A program made the translations under genes and the position numbers. A stretch of 32,000 nucleotides of DNA, from the NCBI GenBank assembly GCA_910577045.1, contig CAJTLB010000003.1:98379-130378 (forward strand), read 5' to 3'. This DNA comes from an uncultured Lachnospiraceae bacterium (lineage in GTDB: Bacteria > Bacillota > Clostridia > Lachnospirales > Lachnospiraceae). This document shows, one piece after another, positions 7,800-16,244 of the stretch. The notes below the pieces were generated by a model. That model worked only from the letters and a program-made list of their open reading frames with translations. It made no database searches and had not been told where the DNA came from. Positions within the stretch are counted from its first letter, which is position 1, and every line of letters starts with the position of its first letter.

Positions 7800-9560
7800 A
7801 TGAGAATTAATACAAATATTACAGCCCTTGTTGCGAACAGCCATTTGCAGGCAAATGATACCATGTTAGGCAAGACGTTAGAGCGCCTTTCTTCTGGTTA
7901 TAAAATAAACCGGTCAGCAGATGATTCTGCAGGGATGGCAATTGCTTCTAAAATGCGTACCCAGATTAAAGGGCTTGATCAGGCAAACCGCAATGCGTCT
8001 GATGGTGTATCACTTGTACAGACAGCAGAGGGGGCATTAAATGAAGTAGAGGCTATGCTCCAAAGAATGAGGCAGCTTGCAGTCCAGGGCGCAAATGGTA
8101 CAAATAGCGATGGTGAAAGAAAAGCAATTACAGAAGAAATCGATGCTTTAAAGGAAGAAATTGAACGTATTGCAAAGACAACAGAGTTTAATAAGCAGCC
8201 GCTTTTGGATGGCACACAAGAAAGAAGGCGATACACAGATGTGGCAGGAGCTGAGATATCATCATTATCTGATAGTGTTCCAGCAGGTTATTATGCTATT
8301 TCTGTATCTGCATTTGCCACACCTGCTACAGCATCCTTGTCATTTGGGGCTAAGGCAGATAATGATACTGTAGATGCAAAAGGTGTATTGGTGATTAATG
8401 ATTATAAAATTATGATAGATTCATCTGATACAATTGCTGATGTAAAAAGTAAAATAGTATCAGCCGCTAATAAGCTGAATCTTACTGTTTCGGTAGGTAA
8501 TAATAATACATTGAATTTAACTACATATGAATATGGAAGAGAAGCAAAAATTAATTGTATTTGTACTTCAGATACTTTAAGAAATGAACTGGGATTAACT
8601 AATTGGCTGCCACGTACAGCGGAATTTACATTTAATGGCAAAAGTGATATTGAGCCAATTGGTGTAGATGGGAAAGTAACAATAAATGGCGTAGATGTAA
8701 ATATAGCAGCTACAGATTTAATTGGAGATGTAAAGACTAAAATATCAGAAATTGCTTCAAGTGCAGATGTATACAGAGATTCAGATTCAGAGAAAAAAAA
8801 TTCTATGGTGTTGTCAACAAAGAGTTTTGGAAGTACAGCAACAGTAGATGTTCTATTTGATTCTACTGCGTTGAGAAACGCAATGGGAATGAAGGAACAA
8901 ACAAGAGAATTAGAAGTTAGGGGAAAGGATATGAAAGCAAATGTTCTTGTTGCCCCTACTAATGCAGCTGCGGTTACTTCTACGGCTGCTAGAATGACAG
9001 AATTTAGTAATACGGCTATTATTACTTGTAATGGAAATAAGGCAGTAGTCCGTGATAATAAAGGTTTTGAGATCGAATATATGGTTGATAGAAAAAAGAT
9101 GACCGAGGATGATATTAAAGAAGTTGAAAATGGCGGCAAGGAAATTTTAGCGGAAGTAAAAGATTTAGGTATGATGACACTTCATGTTGGAGCAAATGAA
9201 GGACAGATAATTGATGTTAATATTCCAAAAGTAAGTTTGGAAACTTTAGGAATAGACTTGATGAATACTAGTACAGAAAATGGATGTGGAAAAGCATTAA
9301 CACAACTTGATGGAGCAATTGATAAAATATCTTCTATTCGGGCTAGTTTAGGTGCTTATCAAAACCGTTTAGAGTCTACAATTAATAACTTAAGTTCAAC
9401 AGAGGAAAATATGACATCAGCTATTTCCCGTATAGAAGATACTGATATGGCAAAAGAAATGACAGAGTTTACTAGGTTGCAAGTACTGTCCCAGGCTTCT
9501 ACAGCAATGGTTGCACAAGCAAATGAACGTCCACAAACAGTATTGCAGCTTCTAAGCTAG
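7800..9560 (+). CDS. fliC: Flagellin (586 aa) with enlarged central variable domain
   Basis: Canonical flagellin N-terminus MRINTNITAL...LSSGYKINRSADDSAGMAIASKMRTQIKGLDQANRNASDGVSLVQTAEGAL...LQRMRQLAVQ. Canonical C-terminus SIRASLGAYQNRLESTINNL...DTDMAKEMTEFTRLQVLSQASTAMVAQAN. About 300 aa of insert separates them. Confidence 0.96.
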   Translation: MRINTNITALVANSHLQANDTMLGKTLERLSSGYKINRSADDSAGMAIASKMRTQIKGLDQANRNASDGVSLVQTAEGALNEVEAMLQRMRQLAVQGANGTNSDGERKAITEEIDALKEEIERIAKTTEFNKQPLLDGTQERRRYTDVAGAEISSLSDSVPAGYYAISVSAFATPATASLSFGAKADNDTVDAKGVLVINDYKIMIDSSDTIADVKSKIVSAANKLNLTVSVGNNNTLNLTTYEYGREAKINCICTSDTLRNELGLTNWLPRTAEFTFNGKSDIEPIGVDGKVTINGVDVNIAATDLIGDVKTKISEIASSADVYRDSDSEKKNSMVLSTKSFGSTATVDVLFDSTALRNAMGMKEQTRELEVRGKDMKANVLVAPTNAAAVTSTAARMTEFSNTAIITCNGNKAVVRDNKGFEIEYMVDRKKMTEDDIKEVENGGKEILAEVKDLGMMTLHVGANEGQIIDVNIPKVSLETLGIDLMNTSTENGCGKALTQLDGAIDKISSIRASLGAYQNRLESTINNLSSTEENMTSAISRIEDTDMAKEMTEFTRLQVLSQASTAMVAQANERPQTVLQLLS

Positions 9561-9572
9561 GAGTGAGGTTGT

Positions 9573-10040
9573 ATGACAAGGGACGAAATTCAGGCTTATA
9601 GCCTTCGGATTACGCAGGGGAATAAGTCAAATCTAGTAGTAGTCACATATGATATTATATTAAAATACTTAGAAGATGCCAAGAGTAGTTATTTGGCAGG
9701 AAATATAGAGCAATTTGTATCCCAAATAAAGAAGGCAAATGAGTTTTTGGCAGAGTTAATGGGGGCGTTAGACCTTCAATATCCAGTAGCAAGAAACCTG
9801 CTAAATATTTATGAGTTTGTACAAAAAATGTTTTTAAAAGCAGCTTTCCAGAAAAACCCAGATAGTTTAGAAGGGGTGGAGCCAATTCTTATTGATCTTC
9901 GGGATGCTTTTGCAGAAGTGGCAAAACAGGATAAAAGTACTGCCATTGCAGGGAATAATGGGCAAGTATATGCAGGCCTTACATATGGAAAAAATAGTTT
10001 AAATGAGACATACGAACAAAATCCCGGATTTAGAGCATAA
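9573..10040 (+). CDS. fliS: Flagellar export chaperone FliS-like protein
   Basis: Starts 12 nt after fliC, with RBS GAGTGAGG. The four-helix FliS pattern is present (LVVVTYDIILKYLEDAK...IKKANEFLAELMGALDLQYPVARNLLNIYEFVQKMFLKA...ILIDLRDAFAEV). Position directly after flagellin fits. Confidence 0.8.
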   Translation: MTRDEIQAYSLRITQGNKSNLVVVTYDIILKYLEDAKSSYLAGNIEQFVSQIKKANEFLAELMGALDLQYPVARNLLNIYEFVQKMFLKAAFQKNPDSLEGVEPILIDLRDAFAEVAKQDKSTAIAGNNGQVYAGLTYGKNSLNETYEQNPGFRA

Positions 10041-10058
10041 GCTCTAAATCCGGTTTTT
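10024..10058 (+). terminator. Rho-independent terminator after fliS
   Basis: Perfect 13-bp stem CCGGATTTAGAGC / GCTCTAAATCCGG. The loop ATAA contains the fliS stop codon. The stem is followed by TTTTT. Confidence 0.88.
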
Positions 10059-10083
10059 GTGCAGATAGGCGGAGGAAAATAAA

Positions 10084-10536
10084 TTGAATCAGACGTTTGA
10101 TATGTTTAATAGGATTCTGGTAAAATTATTCCGGGATATTATGGATATAGAAGGAAAAGCAATTATTACAGAGGAATTCCGGGATATTACCAATAATGAC
10201 ATGCACATAATAGAAGCAATTGGTATTTATGAAAAAAAGAATATGTCTACAATAGCAAAGGAATTATCAGTTACGATAGGAACCCTAACAATAGCTATTA
10301 ATAGTCTGGTAAAAAAAGGGTATGTGGATCGGAAGCGAAGCGAAGAAGATAGGCGGGTAGTCTATATTTCTTTAACCCCAAAGGGAGAAAAAGCATATAA
10401 ACACCATGAAGAATTCCATAAACAGATGGTTCTTGCAACGATTGATGGCTTGTCAGAAGAAGAAACAAGGGTTTTGGTAAAGGCATTGTCGAATTTAAGC
10501 CAATTCTTCCATGATATGGCAGAGAAAAATAGTTGA
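10084..10536 (+). CDS. MarR family transcriptional regulator
   Basis: TTG start 7 nt after GGAGGA (10071-10076). Winged-helix MarR pattern (MSTIAKELSVTIGTLTIAINSLVKKGYVDRKRSEEDRRVVYISLTPKGEKAY). Confidence 0.85.
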   Translation: MNQTFDMFNRILVKLFRDIMDIEGKAIITEEFRDITNNDMHIIEAIGIYEKKNMSTIAKELSVTIGTLTIAINSLVKKGYVDRKRSEEDRRVVYISLTPKGEKAYKHHEEFHKQMVLATIDGLSEEETRVLVKALSNLSQFFHDMAEKNS

Positions 10537-10538
10537 GT

Positions 10539-10589
10539 AAAGGGGCTTGCCTATATTGTATAAATTTATTATTCTACAACAGCCCCTTT
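10539..10589. terminator. Long-loop hairpin between convergent marR and DUF885 genes (possible bidirectional terminator)
   Basis: AAAGGGGCT (10539-10547) pairs with AGCCCCTTT (10581-10589). There is an inner TTGTA/TACAA pairing, and T/A runs lie on both sides. Confidence 0.4.
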
Positions 10590-10624
10590 TAAATATTTAT
10601 ATTTGCAATTATGTTAATGAACGG

Positions 10625-12367
10625 TTATTTAGTTTTTAATTTATCTTCCATATGCTTTGACAATATATCGAATGGCGCAGGCCCAAGGGTTAATATAATA
10701 TCATGGAATTCTTTTAGGGAGAAATTGTTTCCAGCTAATTTTTCTGCCTCTTCCCTTAATTCTAAAAATTCCATATAGCCTATAAAATAGCTTAAGTAAT
10801 TTGCGGGTTCTTCTACCATGCTTTTAAAGATCTCATTTGCAATTTCTTCATCATCAAACCCAAACATAGAAAGGTAAGAAGCAACTTCGTCTTGATCCCA
10901 ACCATCATAATTTACGCTTAAATCAACATAAGCATATAATCCAAGGGAGGCGGCGGCATTAAGAGAAAGCAATTTTGCTAAATTAGTATCTAAGCCAGAA
11001 ATACTGTAAGAATAATGCTCTACATAGGTTGCCCAGCCCTCACTATAACCAGAGGAACCAAATAAATTACGTACCAGTGGGAGGTTTTTGGAATTGGTAT
11101 AAACATTCTGGTAAAGGTGCCCTGGATAACCTTCATGTGCGAGAGTAGGATAAATTTCGTCATCAAGATACTTATTATTAATATAAATAATATTATTTTT
11201 CATATCATCGATTGGCGGAGTAAGGAAAAAAGCAGGGCTAGAATCCTCTTCCATAGATTTATGCACATATTTAATAGTATAATTAACATCAGGGACTTTA
11301 GGGAAGTCAGCCTCAATTTTTTTAATTAGGTCTTGTAAAATTTCATTTGGATCGGTTAAGTCAAAGGTATAAGTATCAAATTGATCTATAATATTTGGAT
11401 ATTCTATATATAATTCAGACATTTCTGTAAGCGCATCTAAGATAAAATTCTCTGTTTTTTGCTTTAATTGCTTAACGGTCTTAGAGGAGCCTGTTTTGGT
11501 TTTAACAAGGTATTTATAATAAATATCTCCTTGTGGGAAATAACATAAGCCGCCTGGATTGCGCCCTGTGCCTTTTAAGGAAGATAACTCATCAATTAAT
11601 TTTTGGTAAGCAGGCACAATTGAAGTGGTGACAATCTCATAATTTTTATCTTTATATTGTTGCTTCTTTTCACTGCTAAGCCCTGAAAAATTATCTATTT
11701 TATCATTAAAAACATCTATCATATAATTTTCTGTAGGAGAAGCGATAAAATCTTCCATCTGGGATACTACATCGTCCACTGCAAAATCAGCCATAAAAAG
11801 CCCAGCAGCAGATTTTGCTTGTTCATATTCTATTAAGGTAGAAAAAATAGAATCAATTTGTGCAGAAAGGGCTAAATAATCTTCAATATCTTTTTCTGTC
11901 CGAAAAGTATATTCTGCAAGTAAAATAGGAAGCTGTGCCTGGTAGCCAACGGTTGGGCTTAAAATCTCGTCATATAAATATAGATCAGAGGCAGAGAGTT
12001 CCGTATCTAAATAATCTGCTATAATATCATAAGTAAGCTGTTGATCCTTTGTAAGTTCATTATATTGGAATTTAGATAACTCTTCTTTCATAGAAAGTAA
12101 ATTATCTGTATATTGATCTAATTCATCTATAGAAAAATCTCCTAAAGTTGGAGTATAATTATCAATTCCATAGTTTTCAGGATAAGCTAGAGTATAATGA
12201 AGGTTAATTGTATTTGATGTAATTTCGTCTACAAAAAGTTGGTTAGTATATTCATCAAACTTTTCACTTGTATTTTTATTTTGTTTTTGGCTGCATCCGG
12301 GAAGAATACTGACTACAAAAAAAATAACAAGTAAAAGCCTTGAAATAGAATGATTGTGTATTTTCAT
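10625..12367 (-). CDS. DUF885 family lipoprotein (putative metallopeptidase-like)
   Basis: Lipoprotein signal MKIHNHSISRLLLVIFFVVSILPGC-SQ. The DUF885 hallmark HEGYPGHLYQ is present, and the length is typical for the family. Confidence 0.8.
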   Translation of the reverse strand: MKIHNHSISRLLLVIFFVVSILPGCSQKQNKNTSEKFDEYTNQLFVDEITSNTINLHYTLAYPENYGIDNYTPTLGDFSIDELDQYTDNLLSMKEELSKFQYNELTKDQQLTYDIIADYLDTELSASDLYLYDEILSPTVGYQAQLPILLAEYTFRTEKDIEDYLALSAQIDSIFSTLIEYEQAKSAAGLFMADFAVDDVVSQMEDFIASPTENYMIDVFNDKIDNFSGLSSEKKQQYKDKNYEIVTTSIVPAYQKLIDELSSLKGTGRNPGGLCYFPQGDIYYKYLVKTKTGSSKTVKQLKQKTENFILDALTEMSELYIEYPNIIDQFDTYTFDLTDPNEILQDLIKKIEADFPKVPDVNYTIKYVHKSMEEDSSPAFFLTPPIDDMKNNIIYINNKYLDDEIYPTLAHEGYPGHLYQNVYTNSKNLPLVRNLFGSSGYSEGWATYVEHYSYSISGLDTNLAKLLSLNAAASLGLYAYVDLSVNYDGWDQDEVASYLSMFGFDDEEIANEIFKSMVEEPANYLSYFIGYMEFLELREEAEKLAGNNFSLKEFHDIILTLGPAPFDILSKHMEDKLKTK

Positions 12368-12492
12368 ATTAGCTCCTTTCTATATGCCATATGGCAATTA
12401 TATTGCTATTATATCATTATTATGTGGAAAAGAGAAGAATAGAACTTAAGAAAAAGGTGGTAAATATTAAGGCAGATTTGTAAAAGGATAAG

Positions 12493-12530
12493 AATAGCCT
12501 TCTGTTATAAGATGCTAACAGAAGGCTATT
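12493..12530 (-). terminator. Terminator hairpin 4 nt downstream of the surface-protein stop
   Basis: Perfect 15-bp stem AATAGCCTTCTGTTA / TAACAGAAGGCTATT with an 8-nt loop. The T-rich run is cleaner on the + strand than on the - strand. Confidence 0.65.
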
Positions 12531-12533
12531 TTG

Positions 12534-15494
12534 TTATTTCTCATCCTCTAGGGTAGAGGTTTTCTTTTTAAAAAGAAGAAGTACTAATATACAAGAGGAA
12601 GAAAGCAAGGTAATAAGCGATAAGATAGGGTTGCTTTCATCACCTGTTTTTGGTGCACCAAGAGGAATATCATCATCTAAAGAGATTAACAATGGATCTG
12701 GTGCAGCATTTAATGCTATAAGGTCATCATCAACAGAAATTAACATAGTAGTATCCACTGGATTATCAGGTGTATTATTTCTAATAACATTTGTTGGTGT
12801 CCGTTGAGATGGTATATTAGGTGCTATAGGATCATCAGGTTCATCAGGATCATCTGAATCATCAGGATAATAGCTTGGTTGCGTTGGTTTTTCTGTTGTT
12901 GGCTCTCCTGGTAAAGTTTCCTCTGGAGTGGTTTCTTCTGGTAAGGTCTCCTCAGTAGAAGATTCTTCTGGTATAGTAGTTTCTTCTATAGAGGTAGTTT
13001 CCTCAGTTGATGATGTTTCTTCCATAGGAGAAGTTTCTTCAGTGGAAGAAGTTTCTTCGGTAGAGGTGGTTTCTTCTATAGATGAGGTTTCCTCAATAGA
13101 AGTAGTTTCTTCAGTGGAAGAAGTCTCTTCGATAGAGGTGGTTTCTTCTATAGATGAGGTTTCCTCAATAGAAGTAGTTTCTTCAGTGGAAGAAGTCTCT
13201 TCGGTAGAGGTGGTTTCTTCTATGGAGGAGGTTTCTTCAATAGAAGTGGTTTCTTCAGTGGAAGAAGTCTCTTCGGTAGAGGTGGTTTCTTCTATAGATG
13301 ATGTTTCCTCAATAGAAGTGGTTTCTTCAGTGGAAGAAGTCTCTTCGGTAGAAGTGGTTTCTTCAATAGAAGTGGTTTCTTCAGTGGAAGAAGTCTCTTC
13401 AGTAGAGGTGGTTTCTTCTATAGATGATGTTTCTTCAATAGAAGTGGTTTCTTCCATGGAGGAAGTTTCTTCTATAGGTGATGTCTCCTCCATAGAAGTT
13501 GTCTCTTCTATGGAAGTGGTTTCTTCTGTTGTTGTTTCTGGTTCGGTTTCTTCTGGTATTTCTGGTTCATCTAAGTCTGAACATACAAAGTGCCATTCTC
13601 CGCCAATAATGGATACGGATTTAGCATAGATACGTCCACTGCCAGTGGCACTACTATTGTATACAGTTGCATTTGGCGCTACAAAAATCCCGGTAACACC
13701 GCCTTCTAAAGATATATCCCCAGAGTAATTCTTGGAGAAGTTCCATATAACTGTTTTAGCAAGCTCTTCGTTATCACTGGTTGCACTGGAAATACCATTA
13801 ATATGATAACGGTTGATATAGAAATCGCCAGAACCTTTTACATTAAGGATAACAGTCTGGTTTTTAGCAGTATTTATTTTAAGGCCGCCAGGCTGTATAT
13901 AATTTAAGTCAGATATATCAAGATTGACAATAGCAGGGTTATCTGTAGATTTGCTGGTATCAATTACACTATTGTTCATATCTTTCCCAACTGTAGAAGT
14001 ATCTACATTGTCACTAGTTTCACTTTGATAATAACTTTGGAACGTATTTCCAATATCCTCCAATAAGTTGTTTACATTTACATAATTGCCACTTTGCATA
14101 ATAACTGTGTTGGAACCCACATTTCTAATTTGCTTCTGTTCATCAACAGAAGTATAATTTCTTGAATTAGAAGGATCTGGTATAAATTTTTCTCCTGTAT
14201 ATAATACACTGACATCATGGAGTTGGAGGGCACCAGCAGAATCAGCTAATTCCTTAATATACATGGTTCCAGCTACATTGGTGTATTTTTGGGCGGAGGT
14301 TCCAATTGTTTGGTTATTTGGCTCTAAAAGATTTGTTGCTATATTGGACTCTACGTCTACATATACATTGACACGATCTGCAATAATGCCATAAGGGTAA
14401 GCTTTATCACCCAGCATATCTTTTATATCAATTGGATCAAAACTCATTACTTCTGTTTCATTTAATGTATGTGGTTTATCTGTCCGAAGAGTAAAAGTAG
14501 CAATTCCTTTTTCTATATTTTGGGCATCTGGTTCAATAGTATAAGAATACTGCCCAACAAGATTAGTAAGGCTAAGCGTAAAGGTAGTGTCTTTTAATCC
14601 GTCTATAGTATAACGTGTCCTATAATAATCGTATTTTTCAATATATTCACAATATGGTGCTAAATCATATGTATCTATAATTTGATCTTCTGGAATAAAT
14701 TCATTATTATAAAAAGCACCGGCTAATTCTGTAATACCAGACATAACAAGTTCTTCATTAGAAGATTTATCAGCGTCTTCTTCATCAGCCTCAGGTTCCT
14801 CGTTATCTTTTTCAGGAGATTCTTCATTATCTTCTTCAAAAGGTTCTTCGTTACCTTCCTCAAAAGAATCTTCTGTTTCTTCTGCTTCTGTAGTATCTTC
14901 TTCATCTAAATTTTCGGAAGGTTCTTCATGGGCATCTGTTTTTTCTTGTTCTTCTGTTTCTTCTTCTGTTACAGCTTCTGTAGGTTCCTCTGTATTAGTT
15001 TCTAACTCTTTTTCCTCTGAGCTTGTTTCTAGTTCTATTACATCAGTTTCTGCTATCGTAGTCTCTGCAATACTTTCTTCTGTTTCTAATGTGGTTGTAA
15101 TAGATTCTTGAAGAATGTCAGTATTTTTCTCTGGCATAGAAATAGACTCCCCTATAGTAGTACTATCAATAATAGAAGGGGCCTTTGGGGTAGTAGGGGC
15201 TACTGCCGAACTTTGGGATGGCAAAGGATCTTTTTTTACAGATTCAATTTTAAGGGCAAATTCTACTTGGATACCATCTTCTGAGTCTGAAATTGGTTCG
15301 TCAGTAATTAACATAAGTGTTAGAGAATCATTTTCATAGTCCCTAACCCGAATTTGGTTATCTTGCGCTTTAGCTTTCTGGTTGGCAGTTGCTGTACCGC
15401 CTACATGGATACAAGACATAATACACAATGCCATTACCAGGAAAATCGCTAAATAACGTATTGCTTTTGTACGTTTTAAGAAGCAATCTTTCAT
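12534..15494 (-). CDS. Sortase-anchored cell-surface protein with choice-of-anchor-A-like domain, acidic linker and Glu/Thr/Ser hexapeptide repeat stalk
   Basis: The start was moved to ATG 15494, 9 nt from GGAGGA; the track ATG 15500 is only 3 nt from the RBS. An N-terminal signal peptide is present. The central domain ends ...TVILNVKGSGDFYINRYHINGISS...VIWNFSKNYSGDISLEGGVTGIFVAPNATVYNSSATGSGRIYAKSVSIIGGEWHF, which is the choice-of-anchor A pattern. The C-terminal sorting signal is G-APKTG-D, then hydrophobic ILSLITLLSSSCILVLLLF, then KKK. Confidence 0.85.
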   Translation of the reverse strand: MKDCFLKRTKAIRYLAIFLVMALCIMSCIHVGGTATANQKAKAQDNQIRVRDYENDSLTLMLITDEPISDSEDGIQVEFALKIESVKKDPLPSQSSAVAPTTPKAPSIIDSTTIGESISMPEKNTDILQESITTTLETEESIAETTIAETDVIELETSSEEKELETNTEEPTEAVTEEETEEQEKTDAHEEPSENLDEEDTTEAEETEDSFEEGNEEPFEEDNEESPEKDNEEPEADEEDADKSSNEELVMSGITELAGAFYNNEFIPEDQIIDTYDLAPYCEYIEKYDYYRTRYTIDGLKDTTFTLSLTNLVGQYSYTIEPDAQNIEKGIATFTLRTDKPHTLNETEVMSFDPIDIKDMLGDKAYPYGIIADRVNVYVDVESNIATNLLEPNNQTIGTSAQKYTNVAGTMYIKELADSAGALQLHDVSVLYTGEKFIPDPSNSRNYTSVDEQKQIRNVGSNTVIMQSGNYVNVNNLLEDIGNTFQSYYQSETSDNVDTSTVGKDMNNSVIDTSKSTDNPAIVNLDISDLNYIQPGGLKINTAKNQTVILNVKGSGDFYINRYHINGISSATSDNEELAKTVIWNFSKNYSGDISLEGGVTGIFVAPNATVYNSSATGSGRIYAKSVSIIGGEWHFVCSDLDEPEIPEETEPETTTEETTSIEETTSMEETSPIEETSSMEETTSIEETSSIEETTSTEETSSTEETTSIEETTSTEETSSTEETTSIEETSSIEETTSTEETSSTEETTSIEETSSIEETTSTEETSSTEETTSIEETSSIEETTSIEETSSTEETTSIEETSSIEETTSTEETSSTEETSPMEETSSTEETTSIEETTIPEESSTEETLPEETTPEETLPGEPTTEKPTQPSYYPDDSDDPDEPDDPIAPNIPSQRTPTNVIRNNTPDNPVDTTMLISVDDDLIALNAAPDPLLISLDDDIPLGAPKTGDESNPILSLITLLSSSCILVLLLFKKKTSTLEDEK
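12930..13570 (-). repeat. In-frame tandem repeat array: 18-bp unit (hexapeptide [ST][ST/P]xEET) with 72-bp higher-order period
   Basis: About 30 consecutive hexapeptide units (TSIEET/SSIEET/TSTEET/SSTEET). The nearly identical 50+ nt block gatgaggtttcctcaatagaagtagtttcttcagtggaagaagtctcttc occurs at 13081 and again at 13153, a 72-bp offset. A further diverged copy is at 13225. Confidence 0.92.
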
Positions 15495-15597
15495 ATACAT
15501 TTTTCCTCCTTTTCTTTGATTCCTTCTATTGTTATCTGTTTGGTAATGTAAACTATTAAGTAATAAAGGGTGATTATTGCTAAAATTTTACAAAAAT

Positions 15598-15627
15598 ATT
15601 ATAGCATGTTGTTTGTAGGCTAGTCAA
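15598..15627 (-). promoter_or_regulatory. SigA-type promoter for the surface-protein gene
   Basis: The minus strand reads TTGACT-N18-TATAAT with a TGc extended -10 (ttgactagcctacaaacaacatgctataat). Confidence 0.6.
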
Positions 15628-15694
15628 TAAAGAAGAGATAAAAAAGGATAACCAATAATTGGGTGTAAAAATTGTATAAATTGCACAAAGATAA

Positions 15695-15723
15695 TTGTCT
15701 ATAACAGAAATTGGTGATATACT
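15695..15723 (+). promoter_or_regulatory. SigA-type promoter for the NusG-II / Gx transporter pair
   Basis: TTGTCT (15695-15700), N17, TATACT (15718-15723), with a TG at the extended -10 position. Confidence 0.5.
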
Positions 15724-15802
15724 GTACGAGATTTAATCAATAAAAACCCTTTATTTTTAAGTGATAAGGGCATAAGAGTAATAGAGAGAAAGAGCCACAA
15801 AA

Positions 15803-16201
15803 ATGAAACAAAGAAAAGATAGAAAAGTATATATTATTATTGTTATAATAGGGGTATTATTCGTAGGTTCTATTATTACAATACTTTATAGGAATAGGGA
15901 GATACCTGCCAATCCATATATTTGTATTTACCAAGATGGTAAGTTGTGGAAGGAAATAGATATATCTCATATAGAAGAGCCCTATACCATAACTATTGAA
16001 TGGGAAGGTGGAGGGTATAATATTTTGGAAATAAGGGATGGGGCGGTTGGAATAGTAGAAGCAAGCTGCCCAGACAAGGTATGCCAAAAAATGGGCTTTA
16101 TTTCTAATTCGCTTATGCCAATTACATGTTTGCCAAATCATCTAATGATATGTGTTGTAGAACAAGGCAGCACAGAAAAAATAGATGGGGTGGCATATTA
16201 A
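15803..16201 (+). CDS. NusG domain II-containing membrane-anchored protein
   Basis: N-terminal TM (VYIIIVIIGVLFVGSIITILY), then the typical family segment YNILEIRDGAVGIVEASCPDKVCQKMGFISNSLMPITCLPNHLMI. It has the usual genomic partner, a Gx transporter, immediately downstream. Confidence 0.75.
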   Translation: MKQRKDRKVYIIIVIIGVLFVGSIITILYRNREIPANPYICIYQDGKLWKEIDISHIEEPYTITIEWEGGGYNILEIRDGAVGIVEASCPDKVCQKMGFISNSLMPITCLPNHLMICVVEQGSTEKIDGVAY

Positions 16202-16244
16202 TAATTATGTAATAGATATTTCGGTTAAGGTTAAGGAAGAAAAA

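Noticed and set aside
7625-7873. 82-aa minus-strand ORF spanning the fliC leader and start
   Set aside because: It overlaps the fliC start and leader, reads as hydrophobic low-complexity sequence from AT-rich DNA, and has no RBS.
8402-9139. 245-aa minus-strand ORF inside fliC, plus smaller ones at 7979-8236 and 8161-8373
   Set aside because: These are antisense or alternative-frame ORFs within an unambiguous flagellin gene. Their composition is low-complexity and they have no translation signals.
12386-12395. Perfect palindrome GCCATATGGC just upstream of the DUF885 gene start
   Set aside because: It is a short, single occurrence and could be an operator half-site or chance. There is no cognate regulator and no second copy in the window to support a call.
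12930-13570. Regularly spaced repeats that could be mistaken for a CRISPR array
   Set aside because: The repeats are contiguous 18/72-bp units with no unique spacers. They are in frame within a long ORF and encode a Glu/Thr/Ser stalk. No cas genes are present in the window.
12928-13629. 233-aa + strand ORF (VSS/EVS repeats) antisense to the surface-protein repeat region
   Set aside because: It is an artefact of the stop-free 18-bp repeat read on the opposite strand. It has no RBS or start context and lies entirely within a well-supported minus-strand gene.
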